Shown: piece after piece, positions 38,341 to 50,602 of the stretch
How positions within the stretch are numbered: position 1 is the stretch's first letter
Layout: each line of letters starts with the position of its first letter
Assembly (NCBI RefSeq): GCF_006345805.1
Contig: NC_043002.1
Span: forward strand, 10,726,001 to 10,790,000
Direction: 5' to 3'
Length of the DNA: 64,000 bases
Source: Octopus sinensis
Taxonomy: Eukaryota
Made by a program: the position numbers and the translations under genes
Notes under the pieces: model-generated
The model's database searches: none
Seen by the model: only the letters and a program-made list of their open reading frames with translations
What the model was told of the DNA's origin: nothing

Positions 38341-41300
38341 TCATAGGACTATGCTCAAGGTGGCTTCGTCATTCATACGTGCCATTCTTGCTACATTCAC
38401 CCATCTTTTTTTAAAACATTCGCTAGACAAAACTTGCCTCTCTACTCTCACTTTCCTTTTCAAGTGGTACTTGAAGAAGTTGATGAGAGATTGACCAGAG
38501 AGGAAAGTGTTTGTCTCCAATCCTTTCAGACGCGTCCACCAGATACATTCTTTCGCCATAGCCACAAGGATGATGAAAATAGCTCTTCCTTCCCGTTTGA
38601 AGGAAGGAGGCGTGACAATATTGACGATAGACTCAGCTGATAAACCGACTCGTCCCACACGTGACAGCAGTTGTTCGACATAAGCCCACAGGTCGGAAAT
38701 TGTTGGACACTGAACGAGTGCGTGCAGAACGGTTTCGTCGCTCTGACCGCATCTCGGGCAGGTCGGCCCCGTGTTTCTCGAGCCGTGTCTGTAGAGCTTA
38801 TCCCGAACGGGTAGCGCTTCTCGGTAGCACTGCCAGGCCAGGGATCTCTGGAAGTTGTCCATGGGCCCTGGCCCGAAAGTCGTCCCGAACAGGCGGGTCA
38901 GGTACTCCTCGTCGACGTCCAGGTTCGCCCCGAGCTCGTCGTCGTACCTCCCCTCCACTAAACCCCTATAGAATGCTTTGGTTGTGTTGAAGTCACTTAA
39001 GGTCGACCCAGGACGGCAGAGTTGCTTGAGAGCAACGCGACACTCGCGGTGCCATTCGCCCTTCCTCGGCCTCTTTTTGATCCACGACTGCAGTTCGGTC
39101 ATGGAGACGAGCTGCGGGAAAGCGTGCCTCACAAACGGCGACCACACCTGTTCACCGTCGTCTACATAGAGCCAGAGATGTCGCAGTCTCAGCGCGTGTC
39201 TGCGCATCATCAACCACGGCATGCCCAGCCCTCCTTTTAACGGGTGTTGACAGCAAATGGATCGCCTGACCATCGGGACGCATCCTTTCCACAAGAAGCG
39301 AAAGAGGATGCGTTGTAGTTTGGTGATGGTAGGGTCGGGACAAGGTACGACGGTCAGGCGGTAGTAGATGACGGACGCGATGTACGTGTTCGCCACCTCC
39401 GCTCGACCTTTTAGGGACAGTTTCCTCTCGGCCCATTGCCGGGCGAGAGTGACCACCCTACTCGTTATCTCGTTCCAGTTCTTCTCCACTTGGAGGTCCG
39501 GACCAAACCAGACCCCGAGCAACTCAACCGGGCCGTCGGTCCAGCGTCCCACGACGGAGGCGCTGGTGGACGGCATGGGCTTGCTTCTCCAGGTGCCTAG
39601 TCGCAAGCCCACTGACTTTTCCCGGTTGATTTTCGCTCCTGTCACCGCTTCGTAGTTTTTCAGTGTCCCGCCGACCAGCTCGATGTGCTCGTGGCTAGAC
39701 ACTATGACGGTGACGTCGTCCGCGTATGCAGACACGCTCGTCCCGCATCCCAATTCTCGCGGGATGCCCCTTAGAGTCGCCAGCTTCCGCAGTAGTGGCT
39801 CAAGAGTCAATACGTATAGAAGCGCCGAGAGGGGGCATCCCTGACGGACCGAACGTGCAATGTCGAAAGGTCTCGATAGATGTCCATTTACGCGAATTAC
39901 CGAACGGATGCCTCTGTACAAGGCAGCTATCCAGCCGCGGAAGACGGGACCGAAACCAGCCGCTCTCAGGACTGCCTCCAAGTATCGATGGTCTACCCTA
40001 TCAAAGGCTTTTGATTGATCCAAGTTGATCAGGGCCCCACCCATGCCAGGTTCGTTAACTACCCTGTCTATGATGTAGCGCATCAGATGGAGGTTGTCAT
40101 GGATGGTCCGGCCTGGCACGGCGCATGTTTGCGCCTTGTCGACCAGTTTCTCGATGACAAGCGCCAACCTCTTGGCTAGCACCTTGGCCAAAATTTTCAA
40201 GTCTGCATTAAGCAGAGTGATGGGCCTAAAGTTATCTATTACATTTCCCTTGTTTAGATCTTTCTTCAGCAGTGTTACGGCTCCTCGGCTCACAAAACCA
40301 GGAATGCTCCCGTTTTGCTGCCAGTTTCAGTACACCGCCGCCAAGAGATCTCCAAACAAGTCTGGCATACAATTGTAAAGCTCGTAGGGTAGACCATCCA
40401 AACCCGGTGATTTGTCCCTCGAGCATTCTGCCATCGCTTCCCGCACTTCCGCCGCCGTGATGGCACCTTCGCAGCACCCTGCCTTTCTTGTCGAGAGTCG
40501 TGGTAGGCTATGTAGGTAGGCACTGAAGTCCACCCTACGTTCTTGCCCTCCACTCGTTCCGAACAGTCGGGCAAAATGCTGCTGAAAGGCCTCACACATT
40601 TTACTTGGCTCGAGCAATTCGCGCCCCTGTTCATCTACCAGTGACCGAATGGTGGCTTTGTTGCCCTGTTGCGCCTCTGCCACCCGGGCCTCTCTCGCGG
40701 CTCCAACACCTTCGTTCCTTAGAGCACGCATCCTAGCTCTGACAGCACATCCTTCGTGTTTGGCGTTGAAGTGTTGGTCGAGGGCCAACCTCGCCGCCAA
40801 AACGTCGGATGCGATGCCGCTTCTAATTGCCTCTTCTAGCTTCTTAACTAGCTCACCCTCTACTCTATTTCTATCTATGGCTAGTGCTTTGCTGTACCTA
40901 ATCGCTTCTGCTTTTACTGCTCTCTTGAGGGCAAACCACCATTTGTTGTTGATGATGGCTCCCGTCAAAGCCCTCTTTACTAGTGTGCTAATCCGGTCTC
41001 TGAAAACTTGTCTCGATGGGAAAGACGCGTTTAGTTTCCAGTATCCGGGACCCTGCCTAAGTGTCTTACCTAAGTCTAGCGTACATGTCACAAGTTTGTG
41101 ATCCGTGTAGCTGACTATGTGGAATTGTGGACATCCTATGCTATCTCTATCTACTGTCCTACACAGTATCCTATCTAGATACGATCTCGACGACCCGATG
41201 CGGTTGCTCCATGTCCACGTTGGCGCATTCGGGTGGTCTAGTCGAAACCTGTCAGACAGTTGAAAGCGTCTGAGCAGGTCTCTGAGGCATTTGCATCCCC

Positions 41301-41776
41301 GTCTATTCCTATCTCTACCCACGTAGTCTACATGCGTGTCCAAGGTAGCATTCCAATCCCCCACTAAGAGTAAAGGACGAGACGTTCCCAAGAAAACTTC
41401 TAGACGTTGAAAGAAATCCGCCCGACCTGTTAAGGGCGGTGCGTAAACTGATACGAGCCGAAAAGCGCACCCATTGCTGCCGTCGACATCCAGGACGACC
41501 AGTCTACCCTCCGGGTCTACGAATATTGTCCTTACATTGAGATCCAGACTCTTGTGAAAAAGTACCGCGGTGCCACTACCGCCCATTCTCGGCAGACAGG
41601 GGGAAAAATAAATGTTGAACTGTCCGCCAAACATGGTCTTTAGGGCCCGCGGATTGTGGAGTCTGGTCTCGCTTATGGCTATGATTTCTAACTTATGTGA
41701 CTTTATGTCATTTAAGAGGTACCCTTGTTTCCAAGGGGACCCCAGCCACGCGCATTTACACAACCAATTTGATCAT
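38341..41776 (-). pseudogene. Tx1 ORF2: AP endonuclease, reverse transcriptase, C-terminal zinc finger; disrupted
   Basis: EN motifs ISETR, GDWN, YLDRIL, TDHKLV; RT motifs FRPITLLNAD, DQSKAFDRV, RQGCPLS, YADD; CPRC...HALVQC; in-frame TGA at 40327-40329; two 1-nt losses in MIK(I)GCVNARG(L)GS. Confidence 0.95.
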
Positions 41777-41895
41777 AGTTCTAATGAATTAGAATACAGA
41801 GGGTTACTTACTGCTCGAAAGTTTTTGCTTTCTCCTCCGTTGGTTTGTCCTCGAGAAGATCCCAGTACAGTTTCTTTGTGAGATATTTTTGGCAT

Positions 41896-43814
41896 TTACC
41901 AACCGCACTGGGGAAAATGCCTTTGAGTGTGTGGTGCAGACTTTTGGAGATGTGTATTTTTTGATGTGGTCTTGTGTGTTGTGTATGGGTGGTTGTTTGT
42001 TTTTATGTCATCTTCTGTTATGTTTGTTTTTGATTGGATGTATTCCATCAAATTTGTGTTTTTGGTGTCTATGGCTGTGAGCATGTTTGCTGTATATGTT
42101 TTTGTGGTGTTGGTGTGGCTGTTGTTTGCGTTGGGTTTTGAAATGTCTTCGGGAGATGTATTTCCCCCTGCTTTGTTCGTGTTTGCATTTGGTTTGGTTG
42201 TGTTTCTGCTCTTTATTTTCCTTCTTTTTGTAGCTATTTGCCATTCCTCACTGGTTTCGTCTTCCGACGAAATTTCTGAGGAATCAGAAGGGGGTAGGGG
42301 TATGTTGTGGGCTTCTATGTATGTCTGTGTAAGTGGTTGTGTTGTTGTTTTCGTTGTTGTTGGTTGTTGAGTGTTTGTGTGTGTTGAGTGCGGTATAAGG
42401 GATGGGGGATCAGTTGTGTGTGTTTTCTTTGTTTTTCTGTTCCTTTGGGTTTTGCTGTTGATGGTAGTGTTGGTATTTTTCCAGGTGTCGAGTGGTTTTT
42501 GGTTGATGACGGATTAGCTTGGTGTGCTTCTCTTGTCGTCTTCTGTGTTGATGGTGGTGTGGGTAGTAGAGCTTTTTTTCCGGAGTGCTTTGGTTGTGGT
42601 AGTGGTTGTTGTTGTTGCTCTTGGTGTGCAGTGGTTGGGCACGTCTTTTTCAAGTGTGTTTCGCTTCCACACAAATAGCAGCGTGGTCGCCTGCCCTCTA
42701 CCACTATATAGAGTTTGTAGCCTCCTGGCAGTTCTATAGCGGTGGGTATCTTCTCTCTTGCTGCTTCATCCAATTGAAGCAGGAATTCGATTGATTTGCC
42801 CACATAGTCTTTCTCTCCTAGAACCGCGATTTCCAGGATGTTTGTCTCTGACATTGTCTCTGACATTTCAAAGCAGATGGCAGAGACCACCCATTGTGTT
42901 TCGACATCAAATGGTATGTTTTTTATTTGGACTTTCGTGACCCTTTTGTTTAAATAGACTGGTATCATTACCAAGTCGTCCGAATGTAGCTCCAATGTGG
43001 AAAAACGTTTTGCTAAACTTTCGTTGAGGAAACGTACTTGGACTGTACCAAATTTGTTTCCCCAACTGATATATTCCTTGGAGTCCCATACAGGACGAAG
43101 GCATTTATCGATTTTTTCCTGCGGTGCATTTTCTGTTCTTCTTGTTTTTTTGTTTATTACTTTATAAATTATTGTTTTTTTTTGCGTGTTTTCCACGATG
43201 TGTTGTGGAATATGAAGGTGCAATTTGTCTCCTTCTTTGGAGAAGAGTGCCTTTGTGCGGTTTATCTCTTGTGTGGTGAATGTTACAATTGTTCTTTTTT
43301 GTTTTGTTACGTCCGCAAAATTCGTTTTGAATTTGGCAGTAGAAGTGTTAATTGTGGCAGTGTTAATTGAAGTCATGGTAGTGGTGTTGGTGTTGGCGGT
43401 ATTAGCAGCAGAAGGCTTGGATGTAGCATTTGACGTCGTAGTAGTGGTGTTGGTGTTGGCGGTGTTGTCTTTGGTAGGCGGCTTTGTGCCAATTTCGTTG
43501 TTGTTGTTGTTGGTGGTGATGGTGGTGGTGCTGGCATTCATGTTTTCGTTTGTATTCATTTTTGAAATCCCTTTCTCTGTCCCTTTATCATCAACAAGTG
43601 GTGTGGGGAGTGAGGGGAAATCTAAGTTAATGTCTTTGGTCGCGGCGATGGTGAATGCGACGTTAGATTTGTTGTTGTTGTTGTTGGTGGTGGTGATGGT
43701 GGTGACAGCGGTGTTCACGCTGCGATGTTTAGCAGCTAGTGGTAGCAATAGTGTTTTGCTACCGTTCTGCATGACTGGCGGGCTAGCCACGTGGTTTCTA
43801 GTTGCCATTTTCAA
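41896..43814 (-). pseudogene. Tx1 ORF1 (gag-like nucleic-acid-binding protein), probably frameshifted near 42330-42420
   Basis: 499-aa ORF with CYLCGSETHLKKTC (CX2CX4HX4C) and T/N-rich linker; a second frame continues to a stop at 41896. Confidence 0.85.
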
Positions 43815-44027
43815 AATGAAAAATGGCTAAAAAACCCACGAAAGTTTTGAAAGTTTTTTTGTAATTTCGCCCATACAGGGGCGGAATTCTACGTGAATAA
43901 TTCTCAGGTTTTTTAGTGAATGAATTTGCACAACGATTAAAACAAAATATTTGACAACAAGGAGTTTTAAACATGTAAAAGTGGCCAACTTACTTGGAGC
44001 CGATATGACTAGCGTCCGTCCATTGTG

Positions 44028-44058
<31 letters not shown>

Positions 44059-44279
44059 ATCTATATTTCAAGCGGATAAAACTTCACAAATTAGATGTAC
44101 TGATTTGACTTTACTGTTCTTCACGTTTCTCATACTTAGAAGATAATCGGAACTCTAAAACTGGTACTTGTAATCTACAAAGTTTCAGCTCTCTACTCCA
44201 CCCCCCCATCAATCTCACGCCCGCGCCTGTACATACTCACCCACTTATAAGTGTGTGCGTCTATGTATATATATTGGAT

Positions 44280-44335
<56 letters not shown>

Positions 44336-44479
44336 TGTGAGTATGAAGATGATTAGAATGTTTTTGAAATACTTCACATAAATCTTGAGTCGGTATTGTT
44401 ATTCCTCACATCAATCTTAGAATAACTTAAAAGTAATCAAATTACCTAGTATGTATGTATGTATGTATATACATATATA

Positions 44480-44518
<39 letters not shown>

Positions 44519-44587
44519 GGTATGTATATATATATATATTATATATATATATATATATATATGTAGGTATGTATATATATATTATAT

Positions 44588-44619
<32 letters not shown>

Positions 44620-44628
44620 ATATATATA

Positions 44629-44664
<36 letters not shown>

Positions 44665-44815
44665 TCTATGTATATATGTATGTATCTATGTATGAATGTA
44701 TTGAATTGGTACTTAGTGCTTCCAATTTTTGAAATTCGATTTGATCAAATTTAAATTTCTGTTTGCCTGCCTACCTGCATACCTACCTACAAACCCACCT
44801 ACCTGCCTATCTGCG

Positions 44816-44870
<55 letters not shown>

Positions 44871-45659
44871 ACCTATACACATATACTTCTACGTTTCTCT
44901 GTGTGCGTGCGTGGCTGTGTGTATACGCGTTTGCGTATTTTCGCTTGTTTTTTGGTTTCTTTTCCATAATTATTTGACTTATATGAACAGAATAAAATAC
45001 TTAATCTTTGAAAAATTAGAGCTTCTTATGCTTTTTTTAATGTTGCCAATACGTAAGCTAGATATGCACTGTGTATCTGTGTATCATATTTCAACTTGAT
45101 GGCTATTTTAATAATTTAAAGTTCAGCTTTTATCTTTTATTCGTTTCAACCATTTGTCTGGGGCCATGCTGGAACACTGCCTTCGAGAATTTTTAGTCCA
45201 ATGAAGCGACCCCTGTACATTTATTCTAAGCCTATTTGTTACTTAATCTGTCGGACACTTTTGCCGAACCGCCAATTTACTGAGATGTAAACAAACAACA
45301 CCGTCAACAGGTTGTGGAGCACACACACACACACACACACATATATACATACACACAAACACAGCAATACATACATATACATACATACATTTTCAAGTCT
45401 CCTATAACAAAGATATTCAAATGCTTATGCTCTACCTTTCCACAACTCCGAGGGAGGTATGCGTAGACTCTGGGACCTCGCCCTAACACAGAATGGATAC
45501 CATTTCACTCTAGGCATGGTTTATTCTATACTTATATACCACACCTACCATTAGTCAAACTAAAATCTGACGGCACCACTTGGTTTTATTGTGCTATTTT
45601 TATATTTATAGAGGTTCTACAAGACGCCGGTGCCTCAGTGGAGGTTCGCAATTGTTGCA

Positions 45660-45978
45660 CAGTAGGTCACCATGACAAGGGTTCCTGTTGATCCAATCAA
45701 CAGAACAGCCTGCTCATGAAATTAATGTACAAGTGGCTGAGCACCCCACAAACACGTGTACACTCTAACATAGTTCTCAGGGAGATTCAGTATGACATAG
45801 AATGTGAGAATTCTTGTCTTTTGAAATACAAGCACAACACTCTTTTGCCAGCTGAGTGGACTGGGGCAACGTGAAATAAATTGTCTTCGTCAAAAACACA
45901 ACACGCCGCTGGGAATCGAACTCACGACACTACGATCGAGAGCTGAATACCCAAACTGCTACGCAACGAGCCTTCACT
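45660..45978 (-). mobile_element. Chimeric SINE (family D head plus family C tail), degenerate
   Basis: Colinear with 61335-61655. Confidence 0.75.
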
Positions 45979-46078
45979 ACTTTGACGATAAAAGCCACAG
46001 CTGCAGACAGTTGGGCGATCAATAGAGATGGATCGGACTTACAGATGGTGTTCTCTAGTCTTGAGAAAATTCCTATTT

Positions 46079-46313
46079 CTATTTCTTTACTACCCACAAG
46101 GGGCGAAACACAGAGAGGACAAACAAGGACAGACAAAGGGATTAAGTCGATTATATCGACCCCAGTGCATAACTGGTACTTATTTAACCGACCCCGAAAG
46201 GATGAAAGGCAAAGTCGACCTCGGCAGAATTTGAACTCGGAATGTAACGACAGACGAAATACGGCTACGCATTTCGCCCGGCGCGCTAACGTTTCTGCCA
46301 GCTCGCCGCCTTC
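46079..46313 (-). mobile_element. SINE family A monomer with TSD
   Basis: CTTGAGAAAATTCCTATTT at 46060-46078 and 46314-46332. Confidence 0.92.
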
Positions 46314-46527
46314 CTTGAGAAAATTCCTATTTGTTAATCGTTACACAAAGATCAATGATGTGCGCACACTGGCTACCTGCTTATGTGCTCGAAAGACTAA
46401 ACTATGCGCCAAATAGTTTGTTATAATATGAGTTCTTACATCGGAAGCAATGAATTGCATAAATGTATCAAGAATTACATAGATATTAACACCTAAAGAA
46501 ATACCGCACACAAGACATTATGGTTAC

Positions 46528-46621
46528 CTTCATAGTGACTCCATGAAAAATTGCTAAAATGAGAACCTGGGATGCAATCATCATTAATAAATCGAAACCT
46601 GCCATCAACGACGGATGCAAA
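46528..46621 (-). CDS. Candidate exon FASVVDGRFRFINDDCIPGSHFSNFSWSHYE, phase 0 to 1 (5' boundary uncertain)
   Basis: Donor GAAG|gtaacc; lies within a 64-aa non-repetitive ORF; acceptor cctgctcttatgaag. Confidence 0.4.
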
Positions 46622-46967
46622 CTTCATAAGAGCAGGTAGGATTTTATAACTGTACCATTCAATGCATGTCGCAGTTTCCGTCATCATTTCCGAACAAAAG
46701 ATACAAGATGGTCGTCAACCTTCTCCTTCTTTTCATAAAACCCCAAATTAATCGAAATATAATGAGAAATCTTCTTTTGAATGTTTCTTTCACTGGAGTG
46801 TGGACATACTGGAGCACCAACTTAACGAGTTTTAGTCGACAAATCGACCACAGTATTTCTTTTTTTCTTATTCTTAACTTTTGTGTTTATTCTATCTCTC
46901 TCTTTTACTGAAAAGCTAATTTTGGGGAACGTAAACTAACCAACACCGGTTGTCAAACTTTGAGGAT

Positions 46968-47008
<41 letters not shown>

Positions 47009-47049
47009 TATATATACATAGATATATATGCATACGCATATACATATCT

Positions 47050-47340
47050 ATTTATATACTTAGATGAACTTAGATATGTTTCGACCAAAGATTGGTCCAG
47101 GCCATGTTTAACTTAATAGCACCACCTGATAGGATTATCTAAATGCTTTTTGAGTCGAGTATTGTGGTATCATGGTGCATTGGAGTAGGGAGTTCTTGTT
47201 GAGTGAGTTGGATCCAGGTATAGGTTACTTATCTGGTATTCCTTGAGGAAATTTGTCCATATTCCATTTAAAGAAGCACCCTCATATAACACTAATTTAA
47301 GTAAGCGCTCATCATTCTTCGAACGCACAATCTATCGCTA
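47050..47340 (-). mobile_element. CR1/L2-like LINE 3' end
   Basis: FKWNMDKFPQGIPDK resembles FK..LDKFL..IPD.P; terminal hairpin and repeated ATCTAAGT tail. Confidence 0.6.
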
Positions 47341-48047
47341 CTTAACAAATTCTGAGACGTGGGTTTTTTTACCTGCAAACATAACATCTACACATTTTTA
47401 CACTTTAAGTGAATTGAACGTAGATACATTTGAAAACAGACTTTTCTTCCATCTCATTATTATTTTATTGGAATATAATTAATTCTCTCTCATCTGTCAC
47501 TCATTCCTATTATCTATAAAGAAACCTAACCTCTAGTACTTCTCTTTGTCAGCTCGAAGATGTAAAATGTTACCCAGAAAAAGGAGGATTTGTTAAATAA
47601 TGGGTACTATATCCCCTTATTTTTGTCAGCAATTAACCTCTAGAAGGGGCCGTTCGGACCCTATTTTGACTACTCTTAACTATCCTGACTTTTAATTTCT
47701 TTCCTCCTTCTATCTTTTATATCGCTTTCATCATTATCTCAGAGCTTCTTCAATATATTTACCTATACATGTGCTTTAATATATTTATGTCTACATCTGA
47801 AGATTTTTAAAAAATCAATTATCTTACATATATGTTTTTAATACATTTATTTATAGATTGTTATGTATTTATATATCATTAATGTATCATGTATATACTT
47901 GTTCTTTTAATTCCTCTGAAATTAGAGTCATGTTTATGGATTAAATTATCTGGTCTTGCGTTTCTTCATATTATATATTTTTATTTTTTGTCTCAAGTTC
48001 CTCTTGAGCACTTATAAGTGCAAACTATAACTTTGTAACAGAATTTC

Positions 48048-48427
48048 TGAGTGGCTGTGTGGTAAGTAGTTTGCTAACCAACCACATGGTTCCGGGTTCA
48101 GTCCCACTGCGTGGCATCTTGGGCAAGTGTCTTCTGCTATAGCCTTGGGCCGACCAATGCCTTGTGAGTGGATTTGGTAGACGGAAACTGAAAGAAGCCT
48201 GCCGTATATATGTATATGTATATGAGTGTGTGCGTGTTTGTCCCCCTAGCATTGCTTGACAACCGATGCTGGTGTGTTTATGTCCCCGTCACTTAGCGGT
48301 TCGGCAAAAGTGACCGATAGAATAAGTACTGGGCTTACAAAGAATAAATCCCGGGGTCGATTTGCTCGACTAAAGGCGGTGCTCCAGCATGGCCGCAGTC
48401 AAATGACGGAAACACGTAAAAGAGTAT
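48048..48427 (+). mobile_element. SINE family B
   Basis: Full-length. Confidence 0.9.
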
Positions 48428-48439
48428 AAATATATACAT

Positions 48440-48478
<39 letters not shown>

Positions 48479-48494
48479 CGTTTGTAGAAATACA

Positions 48495-48942
48495 GGATCT
48501 TTTCGGTTTGAACGGCAGTTTTCTTCTAGCGGTGTCATATGAAATTGTCACCCATAATTATGACCCTAGTATCTATCTATTGCATTTCAATCTGTTTTAG
48601 GTTTAGGGTTAGTTAGGGTTAGTTAGGGTTAGGTTTAGGGTTAGGGGCGGGGGAAAGGGTATCTTTTTTTCTTCACAAATGTAAATAAACCCAATCTGTT
48701 TCTTAAACGAGGAACATATTCATACGGCACAGAATGTTTTCACCTCAATAGACGTCATTGATTGGTAGAAATTGCAGAAATTGAAGTAAAAAACAACAAA
48801 TATCTTACAAACTATAGAATTTTCTCAATAAAGCCAAGAGAAAAAGATGTTTTATAAACACATTCTACCAGTATACGAAGTTTGAAATTTTTTAGTTACC
48901 TAGAAATTATGTTAAAAACTGCCGTTCAAACCGAAAAGATCC
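48495..48942. mobile_element. MITE with perfect 28-bp TIRs and internal TTAGGG-like repeats
   Basis: GGATCTTTTCGGTTTGAACGGCAGTTTT at 48495-48522 and its reverse complement at 48915-48942; no clear TSD. Confidence 0.85.
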
Positions 48943-49059
48943 GAATTACATACGTCCGGAGGAGAAGCACATTCTAACATGTACATTAGTTAATATTATA
49001 GTGGGGTAGTCCGATTTATGGTGTTATTCTGGGTATATCGCGCATAAGGGGTTTAGCGT

Positions 49060-49880
49060 CATGGCGTGTCTTCAGACCCTAAATCCTGATGGAGGAGGAA
49101 AAGCCTCGTTATAAAGGGAAAACACTAGGTGATTATCTCCCTTTGCCATTGGCCATTGATTTTCGGCTGCGCCACCATCTTGCGGTCACTAAAGCACTAT
49201 AATGGCAAACAATTGCTTCCCTTCGACCTAGGCTATTAGTTTCCAGCTGTAGCTCGACCCTGCGATTTCCAAAGAGCTACCAGGAAGTTTCTAAAATACA
49301 GGCACGGACTAAAAGTTTCCGTTCTCGAGTTCAGGATATCCCCTGGCACGAGCGAGACTTCAAGAATCCTCGAGCGTTTGGCAATGCATAACTTGCACCG
49401 TTTCTTCCCGTTGATGTAGGGACCTAGGTTCTCGAGTATTTTTGATGTGATCGAGTATGGAATCTCTTCGTCTCTTAGCTGCCAGATATGGCTGGACAGC
49501 GATGTCAGGTATCCCCTTTACAGAACTTTAAAGGAGAAGAGATGATTGGAAATACGCTGTTTAAGAGAATTCTCCGTGAATCCCATGTATTTCTGTGGAC
49601 GCGTGATGTCATTGCGCCTGTTGTATGTTGCCGCTACCGTTGCCACTGATGGTGGTGTTGTCAATGGTAGAGTTGGGGCTGCTGATGTTGGGGTTTCTGC
49701 TGTTGTTGATGGTGTTTGTGCTGGTGCTTATACAGCCGAAGATCGATGGCCAAAGGCAAAGGGAAATAATCACTTAGGGTTTTACCTTTATAAAGAGGCT
49801 TTCCCCCCTTCTGTATTTTAAAGAGGTCTTAGACCAGCAAGATTTTGGGTATGAGGATACGCCATAAGGCTAAGCAACTT
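49060..49880 (-). mobile_element. Penelope-like GIY-YIG fragment with diverged inverted terminal segments
   Basis: KYMGFTENSLKQRISNH...TSLSSHIWQLRDEEIPYSITSKIL...KRCKLC...LNSRTE on the minus strand (~49270-49600). Confidence 0.8.
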
Positions 49881-49929
49881 ATGGGCGAGAAACCCAGGAT
49901 AAGCTCATTTACCGGCCTACCTTACTATA

Positions 49930-49962
<33 letters not shown>

Positions 49963-49963
<1 letters not shown>

Positions 49964-50186
49964 AATATTAGGGAATAAATCCAAATTTACAGGGAAAAAA
50001 ATCAGATTTAGGATTAAATCCAATTTTATAGTAAAATATTATAAAATATTATTAGAGACAAAACCACTATTTTGCAAAACAAACAGGAAAGACTTAATCA
50101 ATACATAAAATTTAAAATTTTATGTATTGATTAAGTCTTTCCTTGTTTGTTTTGCAAAATAGTGGTTTTGTCTCTAATAATATTTT
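49963..50186. mobile_element. PLE terminal fragment, near-perfect palindrome (~71-bp arms)
   Basis: Same family as 8978-9368; arms 50043-50113 / 50115-50186; (TA)n flanks. Confidence 0.85.
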
Positions 50187-50555
50187 TAATATATATATAT
50201 ATATATATTATATATTATATATATATAAGTTCAATTAATATTAAATATCTCATTAAGGGATAATAACATCCAATACTGCTTTATTACCTATTATTAATAT
50301 TGAATATTATATTTAATATTAAAAAATAAGGTAATTATACAAAACGTGACATAATCCCTGACAGCTGTTTCGATTCAAAGTTTAGAAATTAATTAAAATA
50401 ATTAAAACATTATAAAGAGGGAATCTCGTCGGAAGTAGAAAAAATATATACCATTACATCTTTGTATTTTTATGTGTTAAGTGTACGGATTAATTAATGA
50501 TTTATCTCTATTTTCTTGTGTATATAACATATATATAATGTATGTATGTATATAC

Positions 50556-50602
<47 letters not shown>

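Larger units (their letters stand above)
37960..44027 (-). mobile_element. Near full-length Tx1/L1-clade non-LTR retrotransposon (~6.07 kb) in (GATA)n
   Basis: 5' UTR, ORF1 with CCHC knuckle, ORF2 APE-RT-CCHC, 3' UTR with AATAAA; (GATA)n at both junctions. Confidence 0.97.

Noticed and set aside
40327-40329. In-frame TGA in ORF2 as programmed readthrough or selenocysteine
   Set aside because: No supporting signal seen, and other lesions exist; a simple nonsense mutation or sequencing error is more parsimonious
38434-43830. Many plus-strand and alternate-frame ORFs over the Tx1 element
   Set aside because: Shadow ORFs of a GC-rich or low-complexity coding sequence
47050-47110. GACCAA/TTGGTC hairpin followed by GAAAC as a hammerhead
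   Set aside because: No CUGANGA upstream; fits a LINE 3' terminal stem-loop with a repeated tail
48597-48647. TTAGGG repeats as a true telomere or fusion site
   Set aside because: Short, degenerate and enclosed within the TIRs of a MITE
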